DNA from: Candidatus Bathyarchaeia archaeon
GTDB lineage: Archaea; Thermoproteota; Bathyarchaeia; TCS64
DNA length: 64,000 bases
Assembly: GCA_050014495.1 (NCBI GenBank)
Contig: JBEKDF010000004.1
Coordinates: forward strand, 5,302-69,301
Direction: 5' to 3'
The notes beneath the pieces were generated by a model. That model did no database searches. It had not been told where the DNA came from and saw only the letters and a program-made list of their open reading frames with translations. Position 1 is the first letter of the stretch, and each line of letters opens with the position of its first letter. Position numbers and translations under genes: made by a program. This document shows positions 29,504-40,051 of this stretch, piece after piece.

Positions 29504-30604
29504 CTAGAGTTTGCTCGTGAAGCTATTGACGCGCTCCACGACATCCCTCAGAACTGGTATCGGTGCCGTCATCGGCACTCTGATGAAACCCTCCTGCTTC
29601 GTACCGAAGGCTGAGCCGCTGCTTAGCGATACATTCTCTGCCTTCTCCAGTTTCTCGATGAAGTCATCGCTCTTTAAGCCATACTTCCGGGCGTCGAACC
29701 ATGCGTAGAAGGCACCCTCGAACTTGTGGCAGGGCATACCCATATCATCGATCGCCTTTGTGAAGTAGTCGCGGCGAGCGGAGTACTCCTTCCTCCTCTC
29801 ATCGACATATTTGAAGTCGCCTCGTAAGCACGCGACTCCAGCTGGGTAGATGAAGGTCGCCGGCCTAGGCGCTGTGACCCTCGCAACCGTCTGTGCCTTC
29901 TCAAGGTACTTGTCCGGCACAATGACGTACCCAAGCCTCCAGCCCGTCATGCTGAATGTCTTGCTGAAGCTCATGATGTTAATTGTTCTCTCGCGGAGGT
30001 CACCTATGGTGCTCGGGGCGATGAACTTATTGTTGTCATAGACGTAGTGAAGGTAGATCTCGTCGCTGAAGATAGCGAGGTCGTGGTCCTCTGCGAGATC
30101 GCCAACTGCCTCAATCTCCTTCTTCGTGTAAACTGAACCCGTTGGGTTGTTAGGGTTGCAGACTAGGACCGCCTTCGTCTTCTTCGTGACATAGTTTGAT
30201 AGTTTGTCAAGGTCCATGTGATACTTATTCTCTCTGCGTAGCTCGGGTATCTGCATCTTAATACCCATGTCCTTGAGCATGACGTAGTGGTTGCTGTAGC
30301 TGGGCTCCCAGAGAATGATCTCGTCTCCCTCCTTGAGGACAGATGCCATCGCTATGTATAGGGCCGCGCTGCTACCTGCTACTGGTATGACCTGCGATTC
30401 CTTGTACTCGGGGCCGATCCACTTCTTGTAGTAGTCTACGACCGCGTCGCGGAACTGCTTAGGAATTTCATTACCACCATAGTGAGTCCAGTTGCCCCCC
30501 TTCTTTATCGCGTCCTGAGCCGCCTCGATGGCGTACTTTGGAGCCTCAACATCAGGGTCCCCGGCGTTCAACTTCACATAAGGCTTGCTCGGCATTTCAA
30601 GCAC
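29504..30604 (-). CDS. Class I/II PLP aminotransferase
   Basis: NPNNPTG, SDEIY, SFSKTFSMTGWRLGY, EGAFY. Confidence 0.92.
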   Translation of the reverse strand: MLEMPSKPYVKLNAGDPDVEAPKYAIEAAQDAIKKGGNWTHYGGNEIPKQFRDAVVDYYKKWIGPEYKESQVIPVAGSSAALYIAMASVLKEGDEIILWEPSYSNHYVMLKDMGIKMQIPELRRENKYHMDLDKLSNYVTKKTKAVLVCNPNNPTGSVYTKKEIEAVGDLAEDHDLAIFSDEIYLHYVYDNNKFIAPSTIGDLRERTINIMSFSKTFSMTGWRLGYVIVPDKYLEKAQTVARVTAPRPATFIYPAGVACLRGDFKYVDERRKEYSARRDYFTKAIDDMGMPCHKFEGAFYAWFDARKYGLKSDDFIEKLEKAENVSLSSGSAFGTKQEGFIRVPMTAPIPVLRDVVERVNSFTSKL

Positions 30605-30854
30605 CTTTCACTAGAAGGCGTCGAGAAGGGTATTTAACACTAGTCGATAATGGATAAGACAAAATCGGACACGCGTTACTTATAACCATCTGTCTGGGAG
30701 AGAAAGTAAGCCTCCTCGAGAAAGAAGTAAAATTCACTCACCTTATTTCCATAAAGAAGCGGGGTTACACCCTTAACTCGCGAAGACAACCGCATGTCTT
30801 ATGAAATCCGTTTAGCCGCGTCATTTGTCGTTGCCGATGTAAAATTTACTAGCA

Positions 30855-30863
30855 GCGCGCGCG
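30855..30863. repeat. Intergenic alternating GC tract (9 nt)
   Basis: agcaGCGCGCGCGact. Confidence 0.9.
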
Positions 30864-30925
30864 ACTACAAGGCGTTGCCTAGGTCACTTCATAGATACTT
30901 CGAGAAGCCGACGCAGGAAGAGGAA

Positions 30926-31807
30926 CTAGCCAAGTAGGTTCTGTAGATAGTCCCCTATCTTCTTTTGTACGGGTATGCCGGTTGCTTCAATAAGTGCCTT
31001 ATAACCTGGGTAACAATTTGCTTCGAGGACATATGGTTTACCGTCCTCACCAGGCAGGATGTCCACTCCACATATCTTTAGCCCAGTTGCTTCTGCGACC
31101 TCTATGGAGAGTTCATCGTAGATCGTGTCATTGAACACTTCCGCGGAACCCCCAACAGCGACGTTGTAGCGGAAATCCTCATTGTTGAACCTTCTCTCTC
31201 TTCCTACCACCTCATCATCTACGATGAGACATCGGACATCATAGCCAAGGTTTGGTACGAACTCCTGGAGGTAGTAGACACCCTGGGCGTGCTCCCTTGT
31301 GTACCAGACTAGAAATTGGAGTAGATCATCCCGCCTCCTTATACCGCTAAGCTTAGTGACTCCTATCCCCCTCGCACCACAGGTGGGCTTGAGGACAACT
31401 TCTTTTTCCCTCTCGATGAGGTCGTGGGCGAAGGCGTACGCCTCTTCGACATTTTCCGTGGCAATTGTCTTGGGATGAGGCAGACCTAACTTGACTAATC
31501 TCATTGTTAGCTGCTCCTTAGAATATTGGAGCATCGATTCTACCGGGTTTACCACGATTGCCTTCTTCTCTAATTCACGAAGAATCAGCAGTCTATGAGT
31601 AAGTTCGTATGTGCTCCCACGGTGAAGCATGTTGCTGGGTGCGTAGACGACTTCGGCGTCGAGATCGGGTAGGTTTGGCAGGCTGAAGTCCCAAGGTGCC
31701 ATTGAGCGTACTTTAAGCCCTCTCCCTCTGAGCTCCTCTGTGACGAGTTTTACCTCCTGAACTCCAGGATTATCCGTGAATATGAGTATGCTCAAACCGG
31801 CAGCCAA
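30926..31807 (-). CDS. RimK/CofF/MptN-family ATP-grasp amino acid ligase
   Basis: VVLKP..G.RG.GV, YLQEFVP, DVR, FRYNVAVGG, GVDIL, LEAN..PG. Confidence 0.88.
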   Translation of the reverse strand: MAAGLSILIFTDNPGVQEVKLVTEELRGRGLKVRSMAPWDFSLPNLPDLDAEVVYAPSNMLHRGSTYELTHRLLILRELEKKAIVVNPVESMLQYSKEQLTMRLVKLGLPHPKTIATENVEEAYAFAHDLIEREKEVVLKPTCGARGIGVTKLSGIRRRDDLLQFLVWYTREHAQGVYYLQEFVPNLGYDVRCLIVDDEVVGRERRFNNEDFRYNVAVGGSAEVFNDTIYDELSIEVAEATGLKICGVDILPGEDGKPYVLEANCYPGYKALIEATGIPVQKKIGDYLQNLLG

Positions 31808-32005
31808 ATAGGGTTGAGGTGCTTCACTTAAATTCCTTTTTAGAATAACTCAGTTATTGTTCCTTCTGCGATAATCCTGGAACGAAATTTATATAGATTA
31901 TATAGATTATGTAGGAGTATATTTTCTATGAAAGGAAATTATAAAGCTGATCGATTAGATTCGATCCTAATATCCCTTACATAACTATATACTGGAGTAG
32001 AGAAA

Positions 32006-33646
32006 ATGGCGAATCGGCTACTTGACTCAATTATGGTGAGACTCGACAAGCTGTCTTCTCACCGCGAGTCAAAGAGAGCGGTGTATATCATCGCTGTAGT
32101 CTTCCTAGTTTTCTTCATTCTGCTTCCTCCAATCCTCGGCATAACATTCGAATTAGATCTGGTCGGGCAGGTCTTCTCTAATAATGACCTTCTACTGCGA
32201 GCAGAAGCCTCGATATTCTGGTCATTCGCTATCGCGTTATCCGTGGCGACGTTAGACCTCTTAGCTGGCCTCCCCTTCGCTTGGTATATCGCTAGGAGTA
32301 AATCACGCTGGATTAATATATTGGATGCCCTTGCGGACATACCGTTCGTCATCCCGACGGTTGCACTGGGTTTTTCGACGCTGCTCTTCTGGGGTAACAC
32401 AGGACCAATCAGCGTCCTTGGGGTCTCTTTGGCTCCTGGGTTGATCCTTGTACTTTTACTCCACTTCACATTCTCCTTCCCGGTAGTTGTTAGGGTAATG
32501 GTCGGTGAACTACTCGCGTACAACACTATCTATGAGACAGCGGCGAAGACCCTCGGGGCTCGCACGTTCACGATAGCGAGAACCGTGACCCTCCCCCTCC
32601 TCAGACCTGGATTAATAGCGGCGTTCTTACTGGCCTTCGCTAGGTCACTATCTGAAACCGGTGCAACAGTGATAGTGGCTGGTGGCTTCGAGAACGGTCC
32701 TGTCTTCATAAACAATGCCAAGAACGCTGGCCTCCAGGGTCCTATGGTCCTCGTAAGCTTCACACTCATAATATCATCTGTTACAGTCTTCGCTCTCATC
32801 CGTCTGCTCGGTAATAGGCTGAAGATTCCGATAAACAGGGTCTATCCAAGTCCAGAAGCAAGGTTGAGCTCTGGTAGGAGCGTAAATATGAGAAACGGGC
32901 TAACCTTCTTCATCTTCGGTTTCTTCGTCCTTATCCCAGCGATCTACATCACATTCCCTACATTCACCGCGTTGACGGATGGGACGCTTCAGAGAGCGAT
33001 CTCTGGAGTAGGAGTCTGGTCCAGTTATTGGCAGTCGATGACATTCTCCTACACTATAAGCGTGCTTGTAACGTTGATTAACATAGGCTTAGGGCTACCC
33101 GTTGCCATTCTCATCGCAAGGAAGAGGCTTGGTAGGCTCTGGACGACCCTACTCGACGCCATTGTGAACGTCCCGATAGTCGTGCCTAGCGTAGCACTGG
33201 GCGTATCTCTCGGAATATTCTGGCGCTCCTTTGGTTTCCTACCAGAATTCTGGATACTCGTCTTTGCCCAGATGACAATTACATACACTTACTTTGTTCA
33301 GGCGATGGCCGCTGCGATAGAAGGAATACCTTTAGAGATGGAGGAAACAGCGAGAACTCTAGGCAGCAGGCCCTTTCATGTCTTCAGGAAAATCATTGTT
33401 CCGCTCACAAAGTATAGCTTCCTATCCGGAGCGATACTCGTCTTCACGAGAAGCCTCAACGAGACTGGCGCTGCGACCGCGGTCTCCCAGACCCTGAAGA
33501 CCTCTCCGGTGCTCTTGGTCTCCTGGATCAAGCACCAGGTGCCAGCAACACAGTCAGATATCGCATTGGGAATCGCATTCTTAGTCTTGATTTCCTTTGC
33601 CTCTCTATTAGCGCTTAGGCTCATAGTATATAGGGGGAAGAAGTGA
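32006..33646 (+). CDS. ABC importer permease with two fused TMDs (FbpB/ThiP-like)
   Basis: Two EAA loops (YETAAKTLGA, EETARTLGS) and two RSL.E.GA motifs. Confidence 0.88.
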   Translation: MANRLLDSIMVRLDKLSSHRESKRAVYIIAVVFLVFFILLPPILGITFELDLVGQVFSNNDLLLRAEASIFWSFAIALSVATLDLLAGLPFAWYIARSKSRWINILDALADIPFVIPTVALGFSTLLFWGNTGPISVLGVSLAPGLILVLLLHFTFSFPVVVRVMVGELLAYNTIYETAAKTLGARTFTIARTVTLPLLRPGLIAAFLLAFARSLSETGATVIVAGGFENGPVFINNAKNAGLQGPMVLVSFTLIISSVTVFALIRLLGNRLKIPINRVYPSPEARLSSGRSVNMRNGLTFFIFGFFVLIPAIYITFPTFTALTDGTLQRAISGVGVWSSYWQSMTFSYTISVLVTLINIGLGLPVAILIARKRLGRLWTTLLDAIVNVPIVVPSVALGVSLGIFWRSFGFLPEFWILVFAQMTITYTYFVQAMAAAIEGIPLEMEETARTLGSRPFHVFRKIIVPLTKYSFLSGAILVFTRSLNETGAATAVSQTLKTSPVLLVSWIKHQVPATQSDIALGIAFLVLISFASLLALRLIVYRGKK

Positions 33647-33647
33647 G

Positions 33648-34757
33648 ATGCCCACACTCCGCTTGTTGAACGTTACGAAGCGCTTTGATAATGTTAAGGC
33701 ACTCGACGGTGTAACTTTTGATGTGAAGGATCGTGAGTACGTTTGTATCCTCGGATCAACGGGAAGCGGTAAGACTACACTGCTTCGGACGATAGCTGGC
33801 ATCATCAAGCCGGATGAAGGCGAGATTTTCATCGACTCGAGGAATGTCAATAAAACCTTGGCTGAGGATAGGAACACCGTCTATGTGCCACAGACATATG
33901 CCCTCTTCCCGCACATGACTGTCCTAGAAAATGTCGCATTCGGACCATTGGCCAAGGACAATAGTAAGGTCAATGCGGAACAAACCGCAATGAATGTGCT
34001 AAGACTCGTGAGATTAGACAAACGTATCGATGCATATCCGAACGAGCTTAGTGGAGGTATGCAGCAACGTGTAGCCCTCGCGAGAGGCCTCGCATCTGGT
34101 GCTAAGTTACTCCTATTAGACGAACCCTTAGGCGCTCTCGACGTCAGATTACGTCTAGAACTTAGAGTACAGCTTAGACGACTCGCGAAGGAGTCAGGTT
34201 TTACTGTCATCCACGTGACCCACGACCAGGAGGAAGCAATGACTATAGGCGACCGTATTCTAGTCCTCCGTAAGGGACGCTTGCAACAGTACGGGACGCC
34301 TTACCACGTTTACAACCGTCCAGAGAAGATATTCGTCGCCAATTTCGTAGGGAACACAAACTTCCTCGAGGCGATTGTTGAAAGTAGGTCGAGGGAGGGA
34401 AGCACCTTAACCCTTAGGGAAGGTCTGAAAATCAGAGTCCTCGACTCAAGCTTCGAACCGGAGGAAGCCGTTATCGTTGCTTTAAGGGAGGAGAAGATCT
34501 CGGTAACGCCCGAACCGAGAGGGGATGAACCTAACAGATTATCTGGTGAGATAATTGAGGTCCACTTCTTAGGCAGCCATGTTCGATATGTGATCAGGTT
34601 AACGAACGGTGACGAAGTTGCCGCCCGTGTTGCAATAAAGGAGGCAAGAAATGAACTCAATCATGGTGACTGGGTTAGTATTAGTTTCGATCCGATGAAC
34701 TCACACATCTACGAGTACCCGATGCTTGGGCTACAGAGCGAGCTGGAGGCGAGCTAG
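33648..34757 (+). CDS. ABC importer ATPase with TOBE domain
   Basis: GSTGSGKT, LSGGMQQR, LLDEP, VTHD. Confidence 0.92.
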   Translation: MPTLRLLNVTKRFDNVKALDGVTFDVKDREYVCILGSTGSGKTTLLRTIAGIIKPDEGEIFIDSRNVNKTLAEDRNTVYVPQTYALFPHMTVLENVAFGPLAKDNSKVNAEQTAMNVLRLVRLDKRIDAYPNELSGGMQQRVALARGLASGAKLLLLDEPLGALDVRLRLELRVQLRRLAKESGFTVIHVTHDQEEAMTIGDRILVLRKGRLQQYGTPYHVYNRPEKIFVANFVGNTNFLEAIVESRSREGSTLTLREGLKIRVLDSSFEPEEAVIVALREEKISVTPEPRGDEPNRLSGEIIEVHFLGSHVRYVIRLTNGDEVAARVAIKEARNELNHGDWVSISFDPMNSHIYEYPMLGLQSELEAS

Positions 34758-35867
34758 ATGCCAGAGATTAAGGTCGTAGGACTCAGGAAGCAGTATGGAA
34801 AGGTTATAGCACTTAACGGTATCGACCTCACAATTTATGATGACGAGTACCTCTCAATCGTTGGTCCAAGTGGCTGTGGAAAGACGACACTCATCAAATC
34901 GATCGCTGGAGTCGTTCAACCCGACGAAGGTTACGTACTAATCAATAATAAAAATGTGACAACCCTTCCCATTGAAGATAGAGGTATTGGCTATGTTTTC
35001 CAAGAAATAGCCCTATTTCCTCACATGAATGTCTATGATAACGTTTCCTACGGCCTCATGATTCGTGGCGTCTCACCTATTGAACGTGATAGGCCCGTAG
35101 AAGAGATGCTCCACATGATGAACTTGGAGGATTATGTATCTCTTTATCCTAAGGAACTCAGTGGCGGAGCAAGGCAGAAGACTGCGATATCTAGGGCTCT
35201 CACATCGGGTTCAACCCTCCTACTTTTAGACGAGCCCCTCGGAGCCCTTGATCTCAAGGTTAGAACCGTCCTCCGATACGAGCTTCGGCGACTAGTAAAG
35301 GATCTAGGTCTAACCGCGATACACGTGACACATGATCAAGAAGAGGCCTTATCAGTTTCAGACCGAATTATCGTTATGAAGGCTGGGAGAATCGTGGAAG
35401 TTGGTCCGCCAAAAGAACTCTACATGAAGCCAAAAGAGCTATTTACGGCAAAGTTCCTAGGAGAAGCTAACTTCATCACCGGTGAGATACTTGAGATAGA
35501 TAATACTGACCTCTTAATCGACGTGAATAAATTCAAGATAAAGACAAAATGCGATCTTACACCACCGCTCAGGAAAAAGGAAGCCTGTGTTTTAGCAATC
35601 CGTCCCGAGCTCATAGATCTTAACAGGAATCCCCAAAAAGAAAATTCATTTAGATGTGATGTCGTCGAGGCGAATTTCGTTGGGGACTCAATAAGATATA
35701 CGGTGAAGACCGAGAATGATATATCCCTACTAGTTAAGACGCCTATCATAGGCGAGGAGAAGAACCTAGCGATAGGAGATGAGGCATACGTAAGCCTACC
35801 TGTTGTGAATCTTCTAATTTTCAGAGTCCCCGATGAGGGACTGGAGAAAGCTCTATCACTTGAATAG
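34758..35867 (+). CDS. Second ABC importer ATPase with TOBE domain
   Basis: GPSGCGKT, LSGGARQK, LLDEP, VTHD. Confidence 0.92.
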   Translation: MPEIKVVGLRKQYGKVIALNGIDLTIYDDEYLSIVGPSGCGKTTLIKSIAGVVQPDEGYVLINNKNVTTLPIEDRGIGYVFQEIALFPHMNVYDNVSYGLMIRGVSPIERDRPVEEMLHMMNLEDYVSLYPKELSGGARQKTAISRALTSGSTLLLLDEPLGALDLKVRTVLRYELRRLVKDLGLTAIHVTHDQEEALSVSDRIIVMKAGRIVEVGPPKELYMKPKELFTAKFLGEANFITGEILEIDNTDLLIDVNKFKIKTKCDLTPPLRKKEACVLAIRPELIDLNRNPQKENSFRCDVVEANFVGDSIRYTVKTENDISLLVKTPIIGEEKNLAIGDEAYVSLPVVNLLIFRVPDEGLEKALSLE

Positions 35868-35881
35868 GGTGAGATGTAACT

Positions 35882-36559
35882 GTGAAACCACTCGAGAGTT
35901 GGCTAAAGACGCGTAGAAAGGTTCAAGCAATAAGCATGCTCCTGGAGCACTCAAAGACCACTGTAATGGCTGCAGAGCAACTAGATCGATGCATCAACTT
36001 TGCACTCCAAGGGAAGAGGGAGGACCTTGAACGCAGCTTCGAAGTTCTTCAGTTAAAGGAAAAGGAGGCCGATCTCTTAAAGAGAAAAATTATTGGCGAA
36101 CTCGCAACAGGCGACCTCCCAATTTCAGAAAGGGAGGATCTCATGCGCTTAGGGAGACAAATCGATGACGTGATAGACTGGATAAATGAAACTGGACGAA
36201 TACTCGTCGAGTTCAGACTCTTAGATATGCCAGATGAAGTGAAGGTAACTACTGGCGAGATGGCACACGTGATAAAGACATGCGTCATAAAGCTCGACGA
36301 CTGCATAGAAAAGTTGACAGATAGGGAGTTCCAGGATGCCTTAAAGGCTGCTGACGAGGTTGAGCGATTGGAAGAGCAGATGGATGGTCTCTACCAGAGA
36401 GGGAGACGATCCATATCGGGTCTCACCACTGCATCTGTCGAGATCGGTCAGGCCATCCTTCTATCCGATTTTATGGACTCGCTCGAGACAATTACTGATC
36501 GTTGCGAGGACACATGCGATGAGGTCAGAGTCATCGCAGTGACGGCCCCTGAACTTTGA
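35882..36559 (+). CDS. DUF47/PhoU-like phosphate transport regulator
   Basis: E.EAD.LKR, REDL..L...IDDV.D, LEE..D, E.I.D.CED. Confidence 0.85.
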   Translation: MKPLESWLKTRRKVQAISMLLEHSKTTVMAAEQLDRCINFALQGKREDLERSFEVLQLKEKEADLLKRKIIGELATGDLPISEREDLMRLGRQIDDVIDWINETGRILVEFRLLDMPDEVKVTTGEMAHVIKTCVIKLDDCIEKLTDREFQDALKAADEVERLEEQMDGLYQRGRRSISGLTTASVEIGQAILLSDFMDSLETITDRCEDTCDEVRVIAVTAPEL

Positions 36560-36753
36560 TCTCTGTGCTTATATAATTAATTCATATGGTTAAATTGACC
36601 TCTTCTCCATGCATTCCTCGAGAGTAGCTATAATATCCCCGTGCTGGTGCTAACCCAGAATTCGAATTGTTTATGATTAGAGTACGGTTGAATGATCCTT
36701 CTTTGAAATGTTTTAAATCGGTTGCGCGTAAACAGTTCCTCGGTGCACAAATT

Positions 36754-38181
36754 TTGGCCAACCCTTGGCTTGAAGTTGATAAAAAGATAGTATCCGAGAT
36801 ATACACGTCGTCAGAGCCGATGGACAACCTGAAGATGCTCTGCGATGTTTACGGGAGCAGATTCCCTGGCACTCCTGGAGATCTAGGTTCGGTCAAGTAT
36901 ATGGTTGAGAAGCTTAAGGGCTATGGGATCCCCGAAGCTTACTACGAGGGTTACAAGATACCTGGCTGGAAGAGGGGGCCTTCGAAGCTTGATATCGTAA
37001 GCCCCTTGAAGAAGGAGATCGGCTGTATCAGTCTACCTCATAGCATCGCTGGTGAGGTAGAAGCAAACCTTATTTGGCTTGGGGACGGCGCTATCGATAT
37101 TTACGAGAAAAGGAAGAAGGATATCGATGGTAACATTGTAATGGTTAGTAGCGCGAATCCGCTGGGTATGACGCGGTCGCTTCACAGGTCGGAGAAGTTT
37201 CTGAGGAGTGTCCTCGCGGGGGCAAAGGGTTGGATATTCATGAACCAGTACCCCGCCTACGGGCCTCAAACTGGCGGTATCAGCCCAGTCATCCCCTCCA
37301 TTAGTGTGAGCTACGAGGATGGTATGTACCTTGTGCGGAGCATTGAGAGGGAGGGGAAGGTTACTCTTAGAATCAAAACGACGGATAAGAACATGGAGGT
37401 GACAACCTACAACGTCATCGCGGACATCCCTGGGACGTCGAAGAGTAAGGAATACGTCGTCGTGGGTAGTCACTACGATGGGCACGACATAAGCCAAGGG
37501 GCTGAGGACCCCGCCTCGGGCACAGTAACGGTATTGGAAATCGCAAGGGACCTCACCATGGTCAAGCAGAAGCTCAAGAGACGCGTACGCTGCATATGCT
37601 TTGGCGCAGAGGAGATCGGTCTCTATGGTAGCTACAACTATACCGCCATGCATGCAGATGAGATGGATAACATCAGGTTTATGCTCAATCTCGACGCAGG
37701 CGGTGGTAAGTCACGGAAGGGTATTATCATACACGACTTCCCTGAGCTCGAGCCATTCATGGATAGCTGCGCCAAGGAGATGAAGACTGAACTGCCCTAC
37801 TTCGAGCGTGTTGGTCCATATAGCGACCATTGGCCATTCTACCTTAGGAGCGTTCCCTGCGGGAGTGGGGGAGATCCGGAGACGATACGCACGAGCACTG
37901 GCAGAGGCTTTGGCCATAGCCAATACGATACAGTTGACAAGGTCGACCTAGAATATCTCCGCCTCGCAGCCTCAAACTACACTCGTTTCCTCCTGAGGGT
38001 CGCCAACGCGAATAAGTGGGAGGTGAAGAGGAAGACCCAGAAGGAGATCCAGGAGTTCATAAAGAAACAGGGATACGACCAGACGGTTCAGCTCACTGAT
38101 AGGGCAAAGGCGTATGTGAAGACATGGCCGGAGATCCACCCAGAGACTAAGGTTTGGTTGGATAGCAAGAGCGACTGGTAA
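36754..38181 (+). CDS. M28 family metallopeptidase with PA domain
   Basis: GSHYD, GAED.ASG, AEEIGL.GS, NLD, SDH.PF, H...DT.DK; likely TTG start 36754. Confidence 0.88.
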   Translation: MANPWLEVDKKIVSEIYTSSEPMDNLKMLCDVYGSRFPGTPGDLGSVKYMVEKLKGYGIPEAYYEGYKIPGWKRGPSKLDIVSPLKKEIGCISLPHSIAGEVEANLIWLGDGAIDIYEKRKKDIDGNIVMVSSANPLGMTRSLHRSEKFLRSVLAGAKGWIFMNQYPAYGPQTGGISPVIPSISVSYEDGMYLVRSIEREGKVTLRIKTTDKNMEVTTYNVIADIPGTSKSKEYVVVGSHYDGHDISQGAEDPASGTVTVLEIARDLTMVKQKLKRRVRCICFGAEEIGLYGSYNYTAMHADEMDNIRFMLNLDAGGGKSRKGIIIHDFPELEPFMDSCAKEMKTELPYFERVGPYSDHWPFYLRSVPCGSGGDPETIRTSTGRGFGHSQYDTVDKVDLEYLRLAASNYTRFLLRVANANKWEVKRKTQKEIQEFIKKQGYDQTVQLTDRAKAYVKTWPEIHPETKVWLDSKSDW

Positions 38182-38328
38182 GTGCCTCATGTCCTTTTGG
38201 GGTTCCCCAAGTTTTTCTTGCGCGAATATTGTTTGCGTCGTCCATTGTTTCAATCTTTGAATTCCGGTGCTCGCGCCACTAGCAAGATTAAAGTGTTCTC
38301 GCTTCCAAGCCTGAATTGGGTGTAGAAT

Positions 38329-38682
38329 TTGTCTTATTGTTCAAACTGTGGCAAGGAGATCGATGCTGAGGCAAACTTTTGTCCTAAGTGCGGCGTTAGG
38401 ACCGAGAAGGGGGTCAAGGAGAGTGTGTCCATACCATGGGCTTCAGACCCACACTGGAGGCAGGAGATGGATATGGCCCTTGATAAGGCCTCTAAGGCCA
38501 TTGATGAGGGGGTAAAAATTGTTCAGGATACTTTCCGAGAGGTCGCTCAAGAGGTTGATAAGAATGTGAAGATTGCGAAGACGAATGTAACAGAAAGGAC
38601 CACAACCGTCTACTGTAAATACTGTGGTCAGGAGAACACTAGGTACGCGAAGTTCTGCACAAAGTGTGGAAAACCGCTCTAA
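38329..38682 (+). CDS. Protein with N- and C-terminal zinc ribbons
   Basis: CSNCG...FCPKCG and CKYCG...FCTKCG. Confidence 0.85.
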   Translation: MSYCSNCGKEIDAEANFCPKCGVRTEKGVKESVSIPWASDPHWRQEMDMALDKASKAIDEGVKIVQDTFREVAQEVDKNVKIAKTNVTERTTTVYCKYCGQENTRYAKFCTKCGKPL

Positions 38683-38686
38683 ACCT

Positions 38687-39076
38687 CTATTTTCTCGGGA
38701 CCTTATCAACGTCGACTAGGACGACGATTACCGCGTTGACCATCAAAATTGGGTGGGTCTTCGCCTCATCCTTTGTAGAGTCGGTTGGGAACCTGAAGCC
38801 GCCTTTTATGACATTAATTCGCCTCTTCCCTTCTGGAAGGGTAGAAAGAACTACTTCACCATCCACCTTTTCTGGGTCAGGCGTAGCTATGGTGACGTCA
38901 ACCATAAGAGCATCTTCAATCTCGGAGAAATTTTTGATCTTAAACAGCTGACTTAGGCCGATCATGCTGCTATGGCTTATGGCGTCCTTTACGGCCCTCT
39001 GAGCGGCCTTCGTTGCGTCCTCGCCATGAAGGTCGATCCCAGTTCCTACCTCAACTAGATATCTCCTGTAGTCCAT
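38687..39076 (-). CDS. Lin0512-family protein
   Basis: E.GTGIDLHGED.TKAA.RAVKDAI, LP.G; start moved to ATG 39076. Confidence 0.85.
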   Translation of the reverse strand: MDYRRYLVEVGTGIDLHGEDATKAAQRAVKDAISHSSMIGLSQLFKIKNFSEIEDALMVDVTIATPDPEKVDGEVVLSTLPEGKRRINVIKGGFRFPTDSTKDEAKTHPILMVNAVIVVLVDVDKVPRK

Positions 39077-39214
39077 CCCTTCTACCTCGGGATACGGTAG
39101 GAGGAAGGAATAAAAGCCTTGGGAAAAGGCCATTTGTAACTCTTATTCACCCCCGTCCGACTCTCCCGAAATTAGTAGGTAGTCTTTTCACTAGCTGGTT
39201 CTATTTTTCTCAGC

Positions 39215-39772
39215 ATGTCTGTAATAGAGTTCGAAGGTAAGAAGCCGAAGATCCATCCAAGCGTTTTCTTGGCCCCAGGCAGCTGGGTCATTGGCGACGT
39301 TACTCTGGACGAGGACGTAAACGTCTGGACGAATGCCGTGATACGTGGGGACGACGACAACGTTGTGATAGGTGCTCGCACAACCGTGCTTGAGGGATGT
39401 CTGATCGAGGCACCAACGGGCAACCCCGTCAGCATTGGTAAGGATGTAATCGTGAGTCATGGAGCCACGGTTCATGGTGCCAAGATCGGGGATAACGCTA
39501 TAATTGGCATTCAGGCCATCGTTCTCGATAGGGCTGAGATCGGGGAGGGGGCGATGGTGGGATCCGGTGCCCTCGTGAGCCCGCGGAAGATTATTCCCCC
39601 AAGGATGGTCGCCCTCGGAATTCCTGCTGAGCCGAAGAATGATGTCACTGAGGCTACCGTCCAGTATATGGCGAAGGAGCGGGAAAGGACCCTTAGCAAG
39701 GCGAAGGTGTACAAGCAGATTTATCATGAGCTCGAGCACGCGCGCTCGTCTGGGCACTTCTATTCTTCCTAA
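39215..39772 (+). CDS. Gamma carbonic anhydrase family (left-handed beta-helix)
   Basis: PKIHPSVF, VIGDV, IRGD, HGATVHG, hexapeptide repeats. Confidence 0.88.
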   Translation: MSVIEFEGKKPKIHPSVFLAPGSWVIGDVTLDEDVNVWTNAVIRGDDDNVVIGARTTVLEGCLIEAPTGNPVSIGKDVIVSHGATVHGAKIGDNAIIGIQAIVLDRAEIGEGAMVGSGALVSPRKIIPPRMVALGIPAEPKNDVTEATVQYMAKERERTLSKAKVYKQIYHELEHARSSGHFYSS

Positions 39773-40051
39773 ATCTTTACCTTTTTGAAGATAAATCGGT
39801 TCATTATGGCCTTATAGTCAGATCCAAATGATATTCATGTAAACCTAAAATAAGTCTAGCTAATTGTCAAATTTAATAGGATTTCTAAAAGCAGATCTAC
39901 ACTAATTCTTGTAAGAGTTTGGAGGCTCGAGCCTCCTGATGCTGGTATCGTCAGCTACGAGGCATAAGTACAGTAACTGACATGGTAACCTTAGGAACCC
40001 ATAATATAAAATCAAAGTAGGCCATTTGGGGTCTCTGGTGAGTGAAACTGG

